A stretch of DNA of 64,000 bases. It comes from an uncultured delta proteobacterium (GTDB lineage Bacteria; Desulfobacterota; Binatia; UBA9968). A program made the translations under genes and the position numbers. This document shows positions 54,372 to 64,000 of the stretch, piece by piece. The stretch spans positions 32,001 through 96,000 of the forward strand of contig CAVWLW010000034.1 in the NCBI GenBank assembly GCA_963755715.1, in the 5' to 3' direction. The notes beneath the pieces were generated by a model. That model was not told the DNA's origin, did no database searches, and saw only the letters and a list, made by a program, of their open reading frames with translations. Positions within the stretch are counted from its first letter, which is position 1. Each line of letters opens with the position of its first letter.

Positions 54372-54401
54372 ATTATTAGGACACAACAGATTGTATGTCA
54401 A
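54372..54401 (-). promoter_or_regulatory. sigma70-type promoter for the poly-Lys sORF
   Basis: TTGACA (54401-54396), 17-18 nt spacer, TAATAAT; AT-rich UP-like tract upstream. Confidence 0.6.
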
Positions 54402-54965
54402 GAAAAAAATATCATTTTACAAAATATTTTGACGCGTGCGCTGAAACTTTGCCGACGAGCAATTCAAACTGTGATCAAGCAATGACGGCGAACTAAGAGA
54501 TAGCGATTAACAGCAGAGCGTTTTATTGCGACGTTTGATGTCAAGGATCAAAAAAGCATGTTGAGGAAAATTTTTGGGCGTCTAAGCGAGGGGCGATCAG
54601 AATCGCAGCTGCACAGTCAAAGCACAGTGGCGCGGAGATTACCGCGCGAACGCTCCGACTTCACTCAATCCGTAGCGCCTTGATCATTTTGGGGCAAGTG
54701 GGGGATGCAGGCGGCGAGCTTTTGCCGCAATAGGCGCTTGCGGGCGCGCTCCGATGGCGCGGATAAACCCATCGCGGAGTAAATGCGCGGCGGCGGCACA
54801 GATAGGCGGCGCTGATGACCACGAAGGCAGGTGATCTATCGGAAGGAGATTTAGGGCTTTGCCAAGAACTGTGCGCTCGACCATACCGCAAGTGGTAATG
54901 ATACGAGCGGCTTGTCGTCAAGATCTGGGGAGCAGGGTTTGTCAGGAAAACATTCTGCGTGGGTG

Positions 54966-55979
54966 CTATCGCGAGGCCGTGGCACGTGCCAATTCTTCAT
55001 CGATGATCCGCGCGAAAGCTTCGAGGGGTTGAGCTCCCGTCAAGGGCCGTCCGTTGATGAAAAACGCCGGCGTGCCAGTGACTCCAAGACGCGTACCCTC
55101 GTCAATATCTTTTTGTAATGCGGTTTTGTGCACGCCGCCTGAGAGGCAGTCGTCAAACTTTTTGACATCGATCCCGGCTTGCGCGGCATAGCGCTTCAAA
55201 TCATCGGGAGCCAATTTAGGCGACTCGGTAAAGAGCGTGTCGTAATATTCCCAAAACTTTCCCTGATCGTTCGCGCAACGCGCCGCCTCGGCGGCCCGCC
55301 GCGCCTGGGGATGGATACTTTCAAGCGGAAAGTCGCGATACACGAGTTTGACTTTGCCTGCATATTTCTCAAGTAATTGCATTAAGGTCGGGTGTGCTCG
55401 CTTGCAGAACGGGCATTCAAAGTCAGAAAATTCGACTATTGTAACTGGAGAGTTCGCCGGTCCTCTAAAAGGTGCTCCGTCCACCGATACTTCGACCCGC
55501 GCCGCCGCCGGCGGCTTTAAGTTGTCTACTATCTTGGCTTGTGAGCGGAGAGATGTGAGAAATTCTTCGCGCTTAGCCGCCAACTTTTGGTTTTGTAAGA
55601 AAGCTCTGATCTGCTCCCGAACCTGAGCCTGCTCTCCTTTGATCTGCGCTTTCTTTTCCTGATAGAATTTTTCGATCTCCTGTTCCGTGACCAGGCCGAC
55701 TTTCGAGGTGATCTCAGCATCCAGTAAAGCCGGCACCGTGAGCTTGCGTTTGGCTGCTTCCTTTTCCAAAAGCTTCTCATTGATCAGCGCGTCGAGTTTC
55801 TGGCGTTTTAGATTGTAAATCTGCTCTTCGAGCTTGCTTAGCTGGCCCGCGAGACTTTTTTCGACTTCTTCCGAAGTGATCGCGGCCCCGTCCACCTCAG
55901 CCAGCGCATCGCCCGCCCCGTGAGCGTTTGTTGGAAAGCTGGATCCCAGCAAGAAAAGTAAAATCCAAAAAATCATCAT
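54966..55979 (-). CDS. DsbA-family oxidoreductase with SurA-like N-terminal domain
   Basis: Signal peptide, EFSDFECPFC, YRDFPL, GVTGTPAFFING. Confidence 0.9.
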   Translation of the reverse strand: MMIFWILLFLLGSSFPTNAHGAGDALAEVDGAAITSEEVEKSLAGQLSKLEEQIYNLKRQKLDALINEKLLEKEAAKRKLTVPALLDAEITSKVGLVTEQEIEKFYQEKKAQIKGEQAQVREQIRAFLQNQKLAAKREEFLTSLRSQAKIVDNLKPPAAARVEVSVDGAPFRGPANSPVTIVEFSDFECPFCKRAHPTLMQLLEKYAGKVKLVYRDFPLESIHPQARRAAEAARCANDQGKFWEYYDTLFTESPKLAPDDLKRYAAQAGIDVKKFDDCLSGGVHKTALQKDIDEGTRLGVTGTPAFFINGRPLTGAQPLEAFARIIDEELARATASR

Positions 55980-56097
55980 TGGGGAAAGCGCTCCTTCGGT
56001 TCAAGCTTTATGAAAGAGAAAAAAGATATTAGCAGAAAAAAGGTCGGCAGCAAAAAGATCTCAGGAACCTTTTTGCAGCGAAAACGCTCCCTGCCTA

Positions 56098-58238
56098 TCA
56101 TTTCTCCTGCATGACCACCAGAACTCCGTTTTCACCCGCCGCCAGCCGGCCAGCATGGAAGGTCGCGGGCGAGTCGGCCGGAAAATCGCGGTGCAGCGCA
56201 GCGAAAAGTTCTGCCGCTTCAGGCTCTTCCTGGCTTAGCGCGGTGTAGGCTTCGGCGTAGCGGGCCAGTAGCGCCGGCGGGTCGGCCGGAGAGACCGGCG
56301 CCAGGATAGCTACTGCATTTTTCCGGCCTTTCACGATTATGTCACCAACAGGACGAAACGTATGGCGCGAGCACTGCGCGGCGGTCTCGCCGCTCACCGC
56401 TACATGGCTGCCGATATACTTGTTCAGCCCCTCCACGCGGGAGGCGGTGTTGAGCGTATCGCCCAGGGCGCCGTATTTCAGCTTGCCGCGGGTGCCGATA
56501 TTGCCGACCAGCGCCATGCCGGTATGGACGCCGATGCGGGTATGGCCCCACTCGATGCCGCGCGCCGCAAGCCGGGCACTGAAGCGTTGGCCCGCTTCGT
56601 CCATCGCAATAGCGGCGGCCACGGCGCGGTCAGCGTGGTCCGGCTGGTGCATCGGCGCACCGAACAACACCACGAGGCCGTCGCCGATGAAGTCGTTCAC
56701 CAACCCGCCATTTTGCACCACCGCATCGGTCAGCACGCCGAAATAGTCACCCAGCAGCGCGGCCACGGTGGCGGCATCCAAGTTCTCGGCCGTGGTGGTG
56801 AAGCCGGCGATGTCGGTGAAGATGGCGGTGATCTCGCGATGCTCGCCACCGAAACTGGGCAGTGTGTCGCCCTGCATCATCTGGCTGATGATGCGCGGGT
56901 CGAGGTAACTCTCGAAGCTGCGGCGCAGCTGGGCGCGTTCCCGCAGCCCCACCGAGTGCATGACGAAGTTGCAACCTGCCGCGCTCAGCACCCAGGCCAG
57001 CGCCACCGGCACGCCGGGCAGTAGCAGACCCGCGCCCGAGAACCCCCAAGCGGTGGCCCCGCCCACCAGGCCAAGGCCCAGCAGCAGTGCCAACAACACC
57101 ACGATCACGCGCCAAACCAGCAGCGCTAACACTGCGCCGGCCATTGCCGCGGCCCAGATGGTGACATCGTCCATCAAGCGCGGCAGCGGCACCGGGTTGC
57201 GCGATTCGCCATTGGCTATGCGTATCAATTGGTCGGCGGTGTGCGCGTGCAGCGCAATCCCGACGAGCGGCCCCTCCCCGCCCCAGCCGGTACTCAACGG
57301 CGTAGCGAAACTATCCTTGATGGAGAGCGCAGCGGTGCCGATCAGCACAATGCGTCCGCGCAGAGTTGCCGCCAGGTCCGGCCGGCCGATGATCTCGGAG
57401 AAGCTTATCTGGCGGAAACGTCGATAGCCGCCGCGATAGTCCAACAGCATCTGGTAGCCAGCGGCATCCAGCTTTGCGTAAGGGCCATAGGGCTGGTCGA
57501 GCAGCGGGATGCGGCCCTGGCCCAGCGCCAGGTCGTTGTCCACAATGCCCAGCCGCTGACCGGTGTATCGTTCGGCCAGGGCGACGCCCATCGCGGGCCA
57601 GTTGCGGTTAGTGCGTTCATCCGCAGCCAATAGCAGGGCCCGGCGCACCACGCTACCCGCATCCGTCACGTGGTCAGAGAGCACCTCGCGCCCGGTGCCG
57701 CGCAGCGCGGGCGGCGGCGGAACCCCGTCATTTCCTACATCCGGCAGCTTGAAGACCCAATACAGGTTGTCGTGGGCACGCTGAATGGCTTGTAACTCCT
57801 GGTTGCCCGGCGCCATCGGCAAATCGCGGTACAAATCCACACCTACCGCCTTCGGCCCACTGGCGAAAACGGCCGCCAGCACGGCAGCAAGGTAGTTGTC
57901 GCGGATGGGGTAGTTCAAGCGGTTGATATCCTCTTCTGTGGTGACCACCAGCACCACTCGGTCGCTTTGTTGCGACCCCGCGAAGAAAGTCACCAGAGTA
58001 TCAAACGCCGAAAGCTCTAGGCTTTGTAGCCAGCCGGTTTCCCGCAGCGATAGCAGCATCAACGCCACCAAGTTGGCTACTATCAGCGCCTTGACGAAAC
58101 GCCGGCGCAACAGGGCGGCCAGCCAATGCCCCGTGCGTGCTGGCGCGCCTCGCGCCGACTCGACCGCGCCCCCATCAATGTACTTCAGCTTTCCCGTTCC
58201 CGTTGACGATACATCCATCTTAGGGGCCTGCTTTGCCA
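56098..58238 (-). CDS. CHASE2-domain class III nucleotide cyclase (probably guanylyl-type)
   Basis: TM, CHASE2 (AVGVDLYRD, RGRIVLIG, GIALHA), 3 TM, FTDIAGFT, DFIGDG, RIGVHTG, GDTLNTASRVEG. Start uncertain (58238 or 58317). Confidence 0.88.
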
Positions 58239-58863
58239 TCGCAATCTTGCTTTCTGTCCAGTCCGGCGGGTTGCGCTCTGCCTGGTTAGGCAGGCGCTTG
58301 GCCGCGGATGCAGCCACGGTTTGGCACTATCGTGTTAACTGTCAACGCGACGATAAGTGTGTAGCAGGCAGCGCTAGCGCGCCATGGACGAACTCTCAAG
58401 CATAAAGGCAATCCAAACATTTCCATCGGATTTGTCCGTGTGCGGCTGAAATACATATCATCTTAATTCAGCCTCCAAAAGACAAACTCCCGAGACCACA
58501 GTCGCCTCGGCGCGGAACTTTTCCAGTCGCCGTATATTACCCAACCACGATGACAAAACTATATGTAATGTCGCACAGCCTTCGCGCTCGCATTATCGAG
58601 CGAGGCTTCTGAGGCGTTTATGGAAGGAGTAGAAGCTAAAATTGAATGGCGAATCAACGAAGATTGCCTAATGGAATTCAGAACGCGACGTTCGGGCGGG
58701 TCGCACGTCGTTCGAGTTATTGTGGCGGCGGCTTTTAGTTGTCTACTATCTTGGCCTGCGACCATTCGCTCCTGGAGGGCAGGTTGGTGGAGCGTTTTCC
58801 CGGTCCTACGTATCGATGAATGACTAACGCCGGCGAATGCCAGCGTTAATCACTACAAGCGAT

Positions 58864-59541
58864 CTATTCGTTGGTCGATGGTAGGCCAACCTGTTTCAGG
58901 AGCGCCGTACGCTCGTTGCGGAGCTCTTGGTTTTGAGGCGCAGCGTCAATTAGATCGGAGATCGACTTCAAAGCATCGTACCAGAGACCTGCCTGCGCGT
59001 AGACAAAAGGTAGCTCCTTGTCCGATGCTTTAGCCAGCTTCGTCTTGACATCTTCCTGCAGATCGACCCGCTCGATGGCCCCGCCAGCCAGGATGTCTTT
59101 CGAGCGCCGATCGGCATCGGGCACCACCGCAACAAACCACCGATACGCTGCACCTGGCGCGAGGCGAACATTATAGTCGGCTAATCGAACCCGCTGAATT
59201 CCCGGCTTGGTAGGGGCAGGAAGCTGCGTTTCCAGGATGGGTTTGACTCCTTGAGGATCCATCAGAGTAAGTTCAATCGGCAGGGAGGTTGGGTTGGAAA
59301 TGAACCAGTAGAGCGAGGGCTGCTCGCTGGTCGTAAATGCGCTGTGATCCGGCGCCAAGACGGACAGGACAAAGACATTTTGGCCACCGCCTCGTGTGCC
59401 GCCGCCTATGCGTCCCCCCGGAGCTCCGCGCGAAGGAGGGTTGTATACCGGCATGTTGGCATCCGCTGCAAATAACGAAACCCGCGTGCTAAGCACAAGA
59501 ACCGCAATTGAAGACCAAACCATCGGTTTTAGGTACTTCAT
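58864..59541 (-). CDS. DUF928 domain secreted protein
   Basis: Signal peptide, YNPPSRGAPGGRIGGGTRG, TTSEQPSLYWF, YAQAGLWYDAL, LLKQVGL. Confidence 0.85.
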   Translation of the reverse strand: MKYLKPMVWSSIAVLVLSTRVSLFAADANMPVYNPPSRGAPGGRIGGGTRGGGQNVFVLSVLAPDHSAFTTSEQPSLYWFISNPTSLPIELTLMDPQGVKPILETQLPAPTKPGIQRVRLADYNVRLAPGAAYRWFVAVVPDADRRSKDILAGGAIERVDLQEDVKTKLAKASDKELPFVYAQAGLWYDALKSISDLIDAAPQNQELRNERTALLKQVGLPSTNE

Positions 59542-59894
59542 GTTCGTTCTCCTTAAATAAGGCTAGTAAGCAAGTGTTACGCCAACTTATAAGATCACAG
59601 CCACAGTGGATTAACAAACTGTTGCCCGGGTACATACATGGACCGGTTCTCGCCGTCAACTTCGTTTACAGCGGCTCGACATCATTGACTGCTGACCATT
59701 ACCATCTTCGGATCGTCGCACCACCCGATCGATCACCACCTTCCGCTTTACCCTTTACGTTGGGTTCTCCGACTTTTTCGGTCCGGAACTGGAGATCGAG
59801 ATAAGACTGAGGGTTCCTACGGAAATCAGAACTGGGATCCAAACACCGACGGTCAATGGAGATCATACACCGACCCCACGGCAGAAACACATCA

Positions 59895-62201
59895 TTAGAG
59901 CCAATTATTAATCATTAAAAAAGGCGACCAAAATCCCGGATGCTCATAGCGCGGATTGTTGATTAACTTTAGCTGCGCGCGCTGTAGCGCGACGGCCCTA
60001 GAAATGGAGGAATCTTTAAGCTCCCGGTAAAAATCTATGACGAGGTCCACTGCAGCTTCATCATTGATGCTCCACAGGGTAGCCAGGGCGCTCCTGGCAC
60101 CCGCTTTGATCGCCACGCCTGCCAGTCCCAACGCCGCCCGGTCATCTCCTGCGGCGGTGTCGCAAGCGCTCAAGGTGAGCAGCTCTAAAGGATCGTCGCG
60201 GAATCGGAACACGCCGATCATCTGATTGAGGCGATCCAATGATACTTTGTCATCGAAAGTGAGAAGAAAAGTATTGTCGACGTCATTACCAAACTCACCG
60301 TGCGAGGCGACGTGGACGATGCTAAATTGTTCTTCTTTCAGTTCCTTTTCAAAATTGGCCGTGAGGAATTCGCGGTCGACAAGATTCTTGCTTCCCAAAA
60401 GAGTGTGCAGCTCTTGAAGCTCCGCTGATACATTCGGCAACGCCGGAAATCCCTGAACAGCTTCCGTCACGCCAACGGCCAAGACCTTCATGCCCTCCCG
60501 TTTGATCGGCCGCGGATCGGTGAGATTCATGCTGGGGGTAATGCCCAGCGCATATTTGGCGATCAGGAATTGTTTGCCATCGTGCAGGGCTGCCATCGGA
60601 ATTGTACGCAGCGCTCCGTCCGGAACGAAGATTAGGGTATCAATGGAAAACGCTGCCAAGTCCGGCTCTATAGGACGGATCAACCAGTCATAGAGTTTTT
60701 GAGCGTGAGGGAGATACTCTCGTGTTGTCCGTTTCTCCAGCTTGCGCCGGAACTCCCGCACCTCTTGCGTAATAGTCTCCATTCCTACCGGAACCGAAAC
60801 TTGCTTCAGCCCGGTTGGCAAGCCGATCAGCAATTCTGTTCGATCCGGCAAAAGGATCGGATAGATGATGACGGTTGTCTTGGCCACAACGTCGAGCTTG
60901 GTAACTTTAGACAAAGCTGTGTCCACGCAGTCGTCGCGAAAATAATCCCGCAACTCGGCCGCCTTGAATAACTCCACCGTGTCGCGCGCTTCAATCAAGT
61001 ATGGAGCAACCTGGTTCGGATCCCGCAGTGACTGTCCGCGTTGTAGAAGCAGATCCACCAACTCGAAGTACAGCGGTCCCATCGTTTCACGGAATGACGT
61101 TTGTGGAGCTCCGTAGCTGGCTGACAGCTCGGGTCGTATCGACTGAAGCGAACGCACCGCGCGCCGGTATGCTCCAATAGCATCGTCGATGTTTCCTTGT
61201 TTCGTGAGCAGACGTCCGGTTTGCCATTCCCAGCGATACAGAGACTCGGGAGCATTTATTTGCTGGGCTGCGAACGTGGCACGACGCGTCAGCTGCAAAG
61301 CCTCGTCATACCTGCGTTCGTCTTCGTACAGCTTACCGAGATAGCCCCAGGCGTAGGATGACGTTCGCCGATCTCCTATACTATCACTGATCGTACCCGC
61401 TTCAGTAAAAGTCTGGTGCGCAAGCAGTAACAAGGAGTCCTTCAAGTCTGGAAGTCTTGACCGAAGATCATCGTAGGCCAACCCGATAGTGATCAAGCCG
61501 GAAGCTTTGTCGTGTGACGGTTCCAACGCGCGAATCTCATCCAACGCATTGTCGAGGAGCGCCTTGGCTTCCTTATATTGCTTATTTTGCATCGATGCTG
61601 TGGCTGCATTGATCAGCGCTTTTCCGGCCAGTACACGGTTATTGCGGGACTTCGCGAGGGCGGCGCTCTCGTTATACGCAGCAATCGCTTCGGGGTATTT
61701 TTTTTGCGCGGTTAGCAGGTTTCCCAAATTGTTGAGGATCGTTGCCGAAAGATCCTGATTGTTCAGTTCCTTAGCGATTCGAAGCCCCTCGGTCAAATTT
61801 TTGAGGGCTGCGTCCTCAGGACCGGTGGCAATGTAGAGATTTCCGAGCGCACCGAGCACGGAGGCTACTTGTGTACGATCGCCGGCTTTTTCGGCCAGGC
61901 TCAGAGCTACATCAAGATTTTTTCCGGCTTCCTTGTATCTACCCAGCGCTTGATTGGCCTGTGAGAGGTAAACCAGCGCTTCGGACTGCCGCCGGATTTC
62001 GCCTCCGCGCTCGTATAACTGAGCAGCTTCTGTCCAGCTCAAAGCAGCCTGTTCGAAGTCACCTCGTTGAAACAATTCCAGGCCGATCTTTATTTGGCGA
62101 TCTGCGGGCGAGACTTCGGCAGCGAATAATGGGGAGCAAAAATCGGCAACAGCACAAAATAAGAGCCCTAATAAAAGAAAGCGAGAATGCTTAACACGCA
62201 T
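59895..62201 (-). CDS. Secreted TPR-CHAT (caspase-like) protease
   Basis: Signal peptide, TPR array, FVPDGALRTIPMAALHDG, HVASHGEF (catalytic His), LTLSACDT (catalytic Cys), HPGFWSPF. Confidence 0.92.
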   Translation of the reverse strand: MRVKHSRFLLLGLLFCAVADFCSPLFAAEVSPADRQIKIGLELFQRGDFEQAALSWTEAAQLYERGGEIRRQSEALVYLSQANQALGRYKEAGKNLDVALSLAEKAGDRTQVASVLGALGNLYIATGPEDAALKNLTEGLRIAKELNNQDLSATILNNLGNLLTAQKKYPEAIAAYNESAALAKSRNNRVLAGKALINAATASMQNKQYKEAKALLDNALDEIRALEPSHDKASGLITIGLAYDDLRSRLPDLKDSLLLLAHQTFTEAGTISDSIGDRRTSSYAWGYLGKLYEDERRYDEALQLTRRATFAAQQINAPESLYRWEWQTGRLLTKQGNIDDAIGAYRRAVRSLQSIRPELSASYGAPQTSFRETMGPLYFELVDLLLQRGQSLRDPNQVAPYLIEARDTVELFKAAELRDYFRDDCVDTALSKVTKLDVVAKTTVIIYPILLPDRTELLIGLPTGLKQVSVPVGMETITQEVREFRRKLEKRTTREYLPHAQKLYDWLIRPIEPDLAAFSIDTLIFVPDGALRTIPMAALHDGKQFLIAKYALGITPSMNLTDPRPIKREGMKVLAVGVTEAVQGFPALPNVSAELQELHTLLGSKNLVDREFLTANFEKELKEEQFSIVHVASHGEFGNDVDNTFLLTFDDKVSLDRLNQMIGVFRFRDDPLELLTLSACDTAAGDDRAALGLAGVAIKAGARSALATLWSINDEAAVDLVIDFYRELKDSSISRAVALQRAQLKLINNPRYEHPGFWSPFLMINNWL

Positions 62202-62213
62202 ATCTTTTCTCCG

Positions 62214-63989
62214 CTACCTACCGAAAAACTCTAGAGCGAACTGTAGATGAAACCCGTGGTCTTGGAGAGAATTCTCAGGATTCACAACTTTTCTCAGTCG
62301 ATAGCCATAGTACATTTCGAACGATGGCCGGATTGGAATAGGCCGTAAAAAGGAAAGCGCCCAACGGACGCCCCAGCCTACACTTGAGATATCCTTAGGA
62401 TCAGGGGTTTTTAGGTTCACAAGCCACCCCTTCCCGTAGTCAATGAACGGGGCCAATTCCAGATAATCAGCCCAGCTCGTATTACTGATGACGGGCAGAC
62501 GAATCTCGAAGGAGGCTAAAGCTGCCTTGTCTCTCAGCATCGTGTTCTCCCGGTATCCGCGCACACTATAGCGCCCTCCTATGGAAACCTGCTCGAGGGA
62601 CAGAAGGGGAGAATCAGCGTATTGGAACTGCGACCGAAATATCCCATAGCTATCCAACAATCCAACATTCTTAACCCATGGATTCTGACCGAGAGGTTGG
62701 AGCCATTGCCCAAAACGTTGAACGAATTGAAATTGGCCTAGCCACGCGAAGAAAATCCCGTCCGGTAAACCATTGTGATTAACGGTCGCTCCCAATGCGT
62801 TCAGCCCGAACGAAAAACGCGATCGTGCAGCGAAAACTTGAGACTGCGTACGATAGACGAATTCCTGGGCGGTGCGCAGAGCGGCTACCACGGATCGGCC
62901 GTGCTGAGCACCGGGCTCGAAAGAGAAGTCCTCCCCCAAGAGCTTCGTCTGTAGCCAGAGGCGCTCGCCGGTAAGCTCCAGAGCCAAATCGCTGTTGAGC
63001 GTCCGATAGACAGGCTGTCTCAACGTAAAGGTGTAAATATCCGATTTGCTATCGACGTTCAGCGGCTCGAATGGCTGCTCGATTACGGACAATGTGTTTC
63101 TGCGATACTCGTAACTCAGAGCCGTGTCGTAGGCGTTGAACGGGAAAGAATATTTAAAATCGAGCAATGGATTGAGACCCTGCGATCGCCCGTATTGGCC
63201 AAAAAACACATCTCCGTTGCCGGTGAGGTTTTCGTGCCACAAGGTTACGAGCCCGCGGTTCTCGCCCACTGAGGGTGACTGGTAATTGTTGTATTCCGTA
63301 ATGAGCCTGTAGGGCGTCCGCTCTTCGACGCGCACGTCCAAAATGCCCTCACCGGGCTTTAGCCCCGGCTTCAGCTCGGCGTTCAGCCGCTGGATGCGCG
63401 AGTCATCGAGCAGGAGTTGCAAGCGCCGCTGCAATGCATTGACGTTCAGCGGCGGGCCGGCATCCAGTAAAAATCTTTTTTGGAAATAACTGTCGCGAAA
63501 CCACCGGTTTCCTTCCACATCAACAGCACTTAACGTGCCCTCGATGATCTGATAAGTCAGCACACCTTCGGTCACTGTTTGATCTGGAAGGATCGCACCG
63601 GAATTGACGTAGCCGTTGTTGACATAGAGGAGGGTCAGGGCCACTCGAAGCGCCTCCAGATCCTCCGATGTGAGTTCCCGGTTCTTATAGGGATCGGTGA
63701 CTTTGGCCAAGTCTTCAGGCGAAAATACCGTGCTGCCAACAACTCTGATCTCGCGGACAAAGGCGCGCAATCCTGGGAATGGCGTCGCTTGTGGCGGAAT
63801 GGGAGTAGGAGGTAGCAGTGTCCCTGGCGGTTGTGCGGGAGCTTCAAATTGCTTGGGCAGCGGCGGTGGTTCACCCGAGCGTCCGGTTGGATCGATCTGA
63901 GAAGGAACGGCGATCGGAACAACCTGAGCACCGGCTGATGAGCAGATTACAAAGAAGACGACCAGCGCAAATGACCGAATGACTTTCAT
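62214..63989 (-). CDS. ShlB/FhaC/HecB (TpsB) outer-membrane two-partner secretion protein
   Basis: Signal peptide, POTRA (LYVNNGYVNS, IIEG), GGRYSVRGYRE (VRGY motif), C-terminal beta-signal. Confidence 0.92.
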   Translation of the reverse strand: MKVIRSFALVVFFVICSSAGAQVVPIAVPSQIDPTGRSGEPPPLPKQFEAPAQPPGTLLPPTPIPPQATPFPGLRAFVREIRVVGSTVFSPEDLAKVTDPYKNRELTSEDLEALRVALTLLYVNNGYVNSGAILPDQTVTEGVLTYQIIEGTLSAVDVEGNRWFRDSYFQKRFLLDAGPPLNVNALQRRLQLLLDDSRIQRLNAELKPGLKPGEGILDVRVEERTPYRLITEYNNYQSPSVGENRGLVTLWHENLTGNGDVFFGQYGRSQGLNPLLDFKYSFPFNAYDTALSYEYRRNTLSVIEQPFEPLNVDSKSDIYTFTLRQPVYRTLNSDLALELTGERLWLQTKLLGEDFSFEPGAQHGRSVVAALRTAQEFVYRTQSQVFAARSRFSFGLNALGATVNHNGLPDGIFFAWLGQFQFVQRFGQWLQPLGQNPWVKNVGLLDSYGIFRSQFQYADSPLLSLEQVSIGGRYSVRGYRENTMLRDKAALASFEIRLPVISNTSWADYLELAPFIDYGKGWLVNLKTPDPKDISSVGWGVRWALSFLRPIPIRPSFEMYYGYRLRKVVNPENSLQDHGFHLQFALEFFGR

Positions 63990-64000
63990 CGCTCGATGTG

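Noticed and set aside
54661-54921. Short minus-strand ORFs downstream of the DsbA-like gene
   Set aside because: No SD or recognisable motif; cannot be supported.
58181-58197. GKLKY occurs both at the cyclase N-terminus and in its catalytic domain
   Set aside because: Only five residues with differing codons and an uncertain start; probably chance.
59568-59586. sigma54-like promoter TTGGCGGTAACACTTGCT upstream of DUF928
   Set aside because: GG-to-GC spacing is 11 nt rather than the required 10.

Overview
Bacterial chromosomal window of moderately high GC. Its gene content (kdsB, minimal PutA, orphan solute-binding proteins, amidohydrolase_2, PpiD/mre/rodA) suggests a diderm deltaproteobacterium-like organism, possibly Candidatus Binatia; this taxonomy is inference only. 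Housekeeping loci are pyrG-kdsB, putA, glcD/F/E, lipAB, mreBCD-mrdA-rodA, trxA, pepA, folE and ccdA/tlpA. They are interspersed with TRAP and ABC transporters and catabolic enzymes. About 15 apparent small indels split genes, including rodA, which points to long-read consensus errors rather than pseudogenes. I saw no rRNA, tRNA, CRISPR array or transposase. Main observations: (1) a TpsB - secreted TPR/CHAT protease - DUF928 - CHASE2 cyclase module whose cyclase has Cya2-like (guanylyl-type) specificity residues; (2) an OsmC-like selenoprotein read through an in-frame UGA followed by a SECIS-like hairpin; (3) an unannotated 16-aa poly-lysine ORF with its own promoter, SD and terminator, enclosed by crossed long-range complementary segments; (4) a kdsB-pyrG leader that looks like CTP-sensing start-site selection coupled to a terminator; (5) enzymes lacking canonical catalytic cysteines and a divergent pair of diiron proteins.
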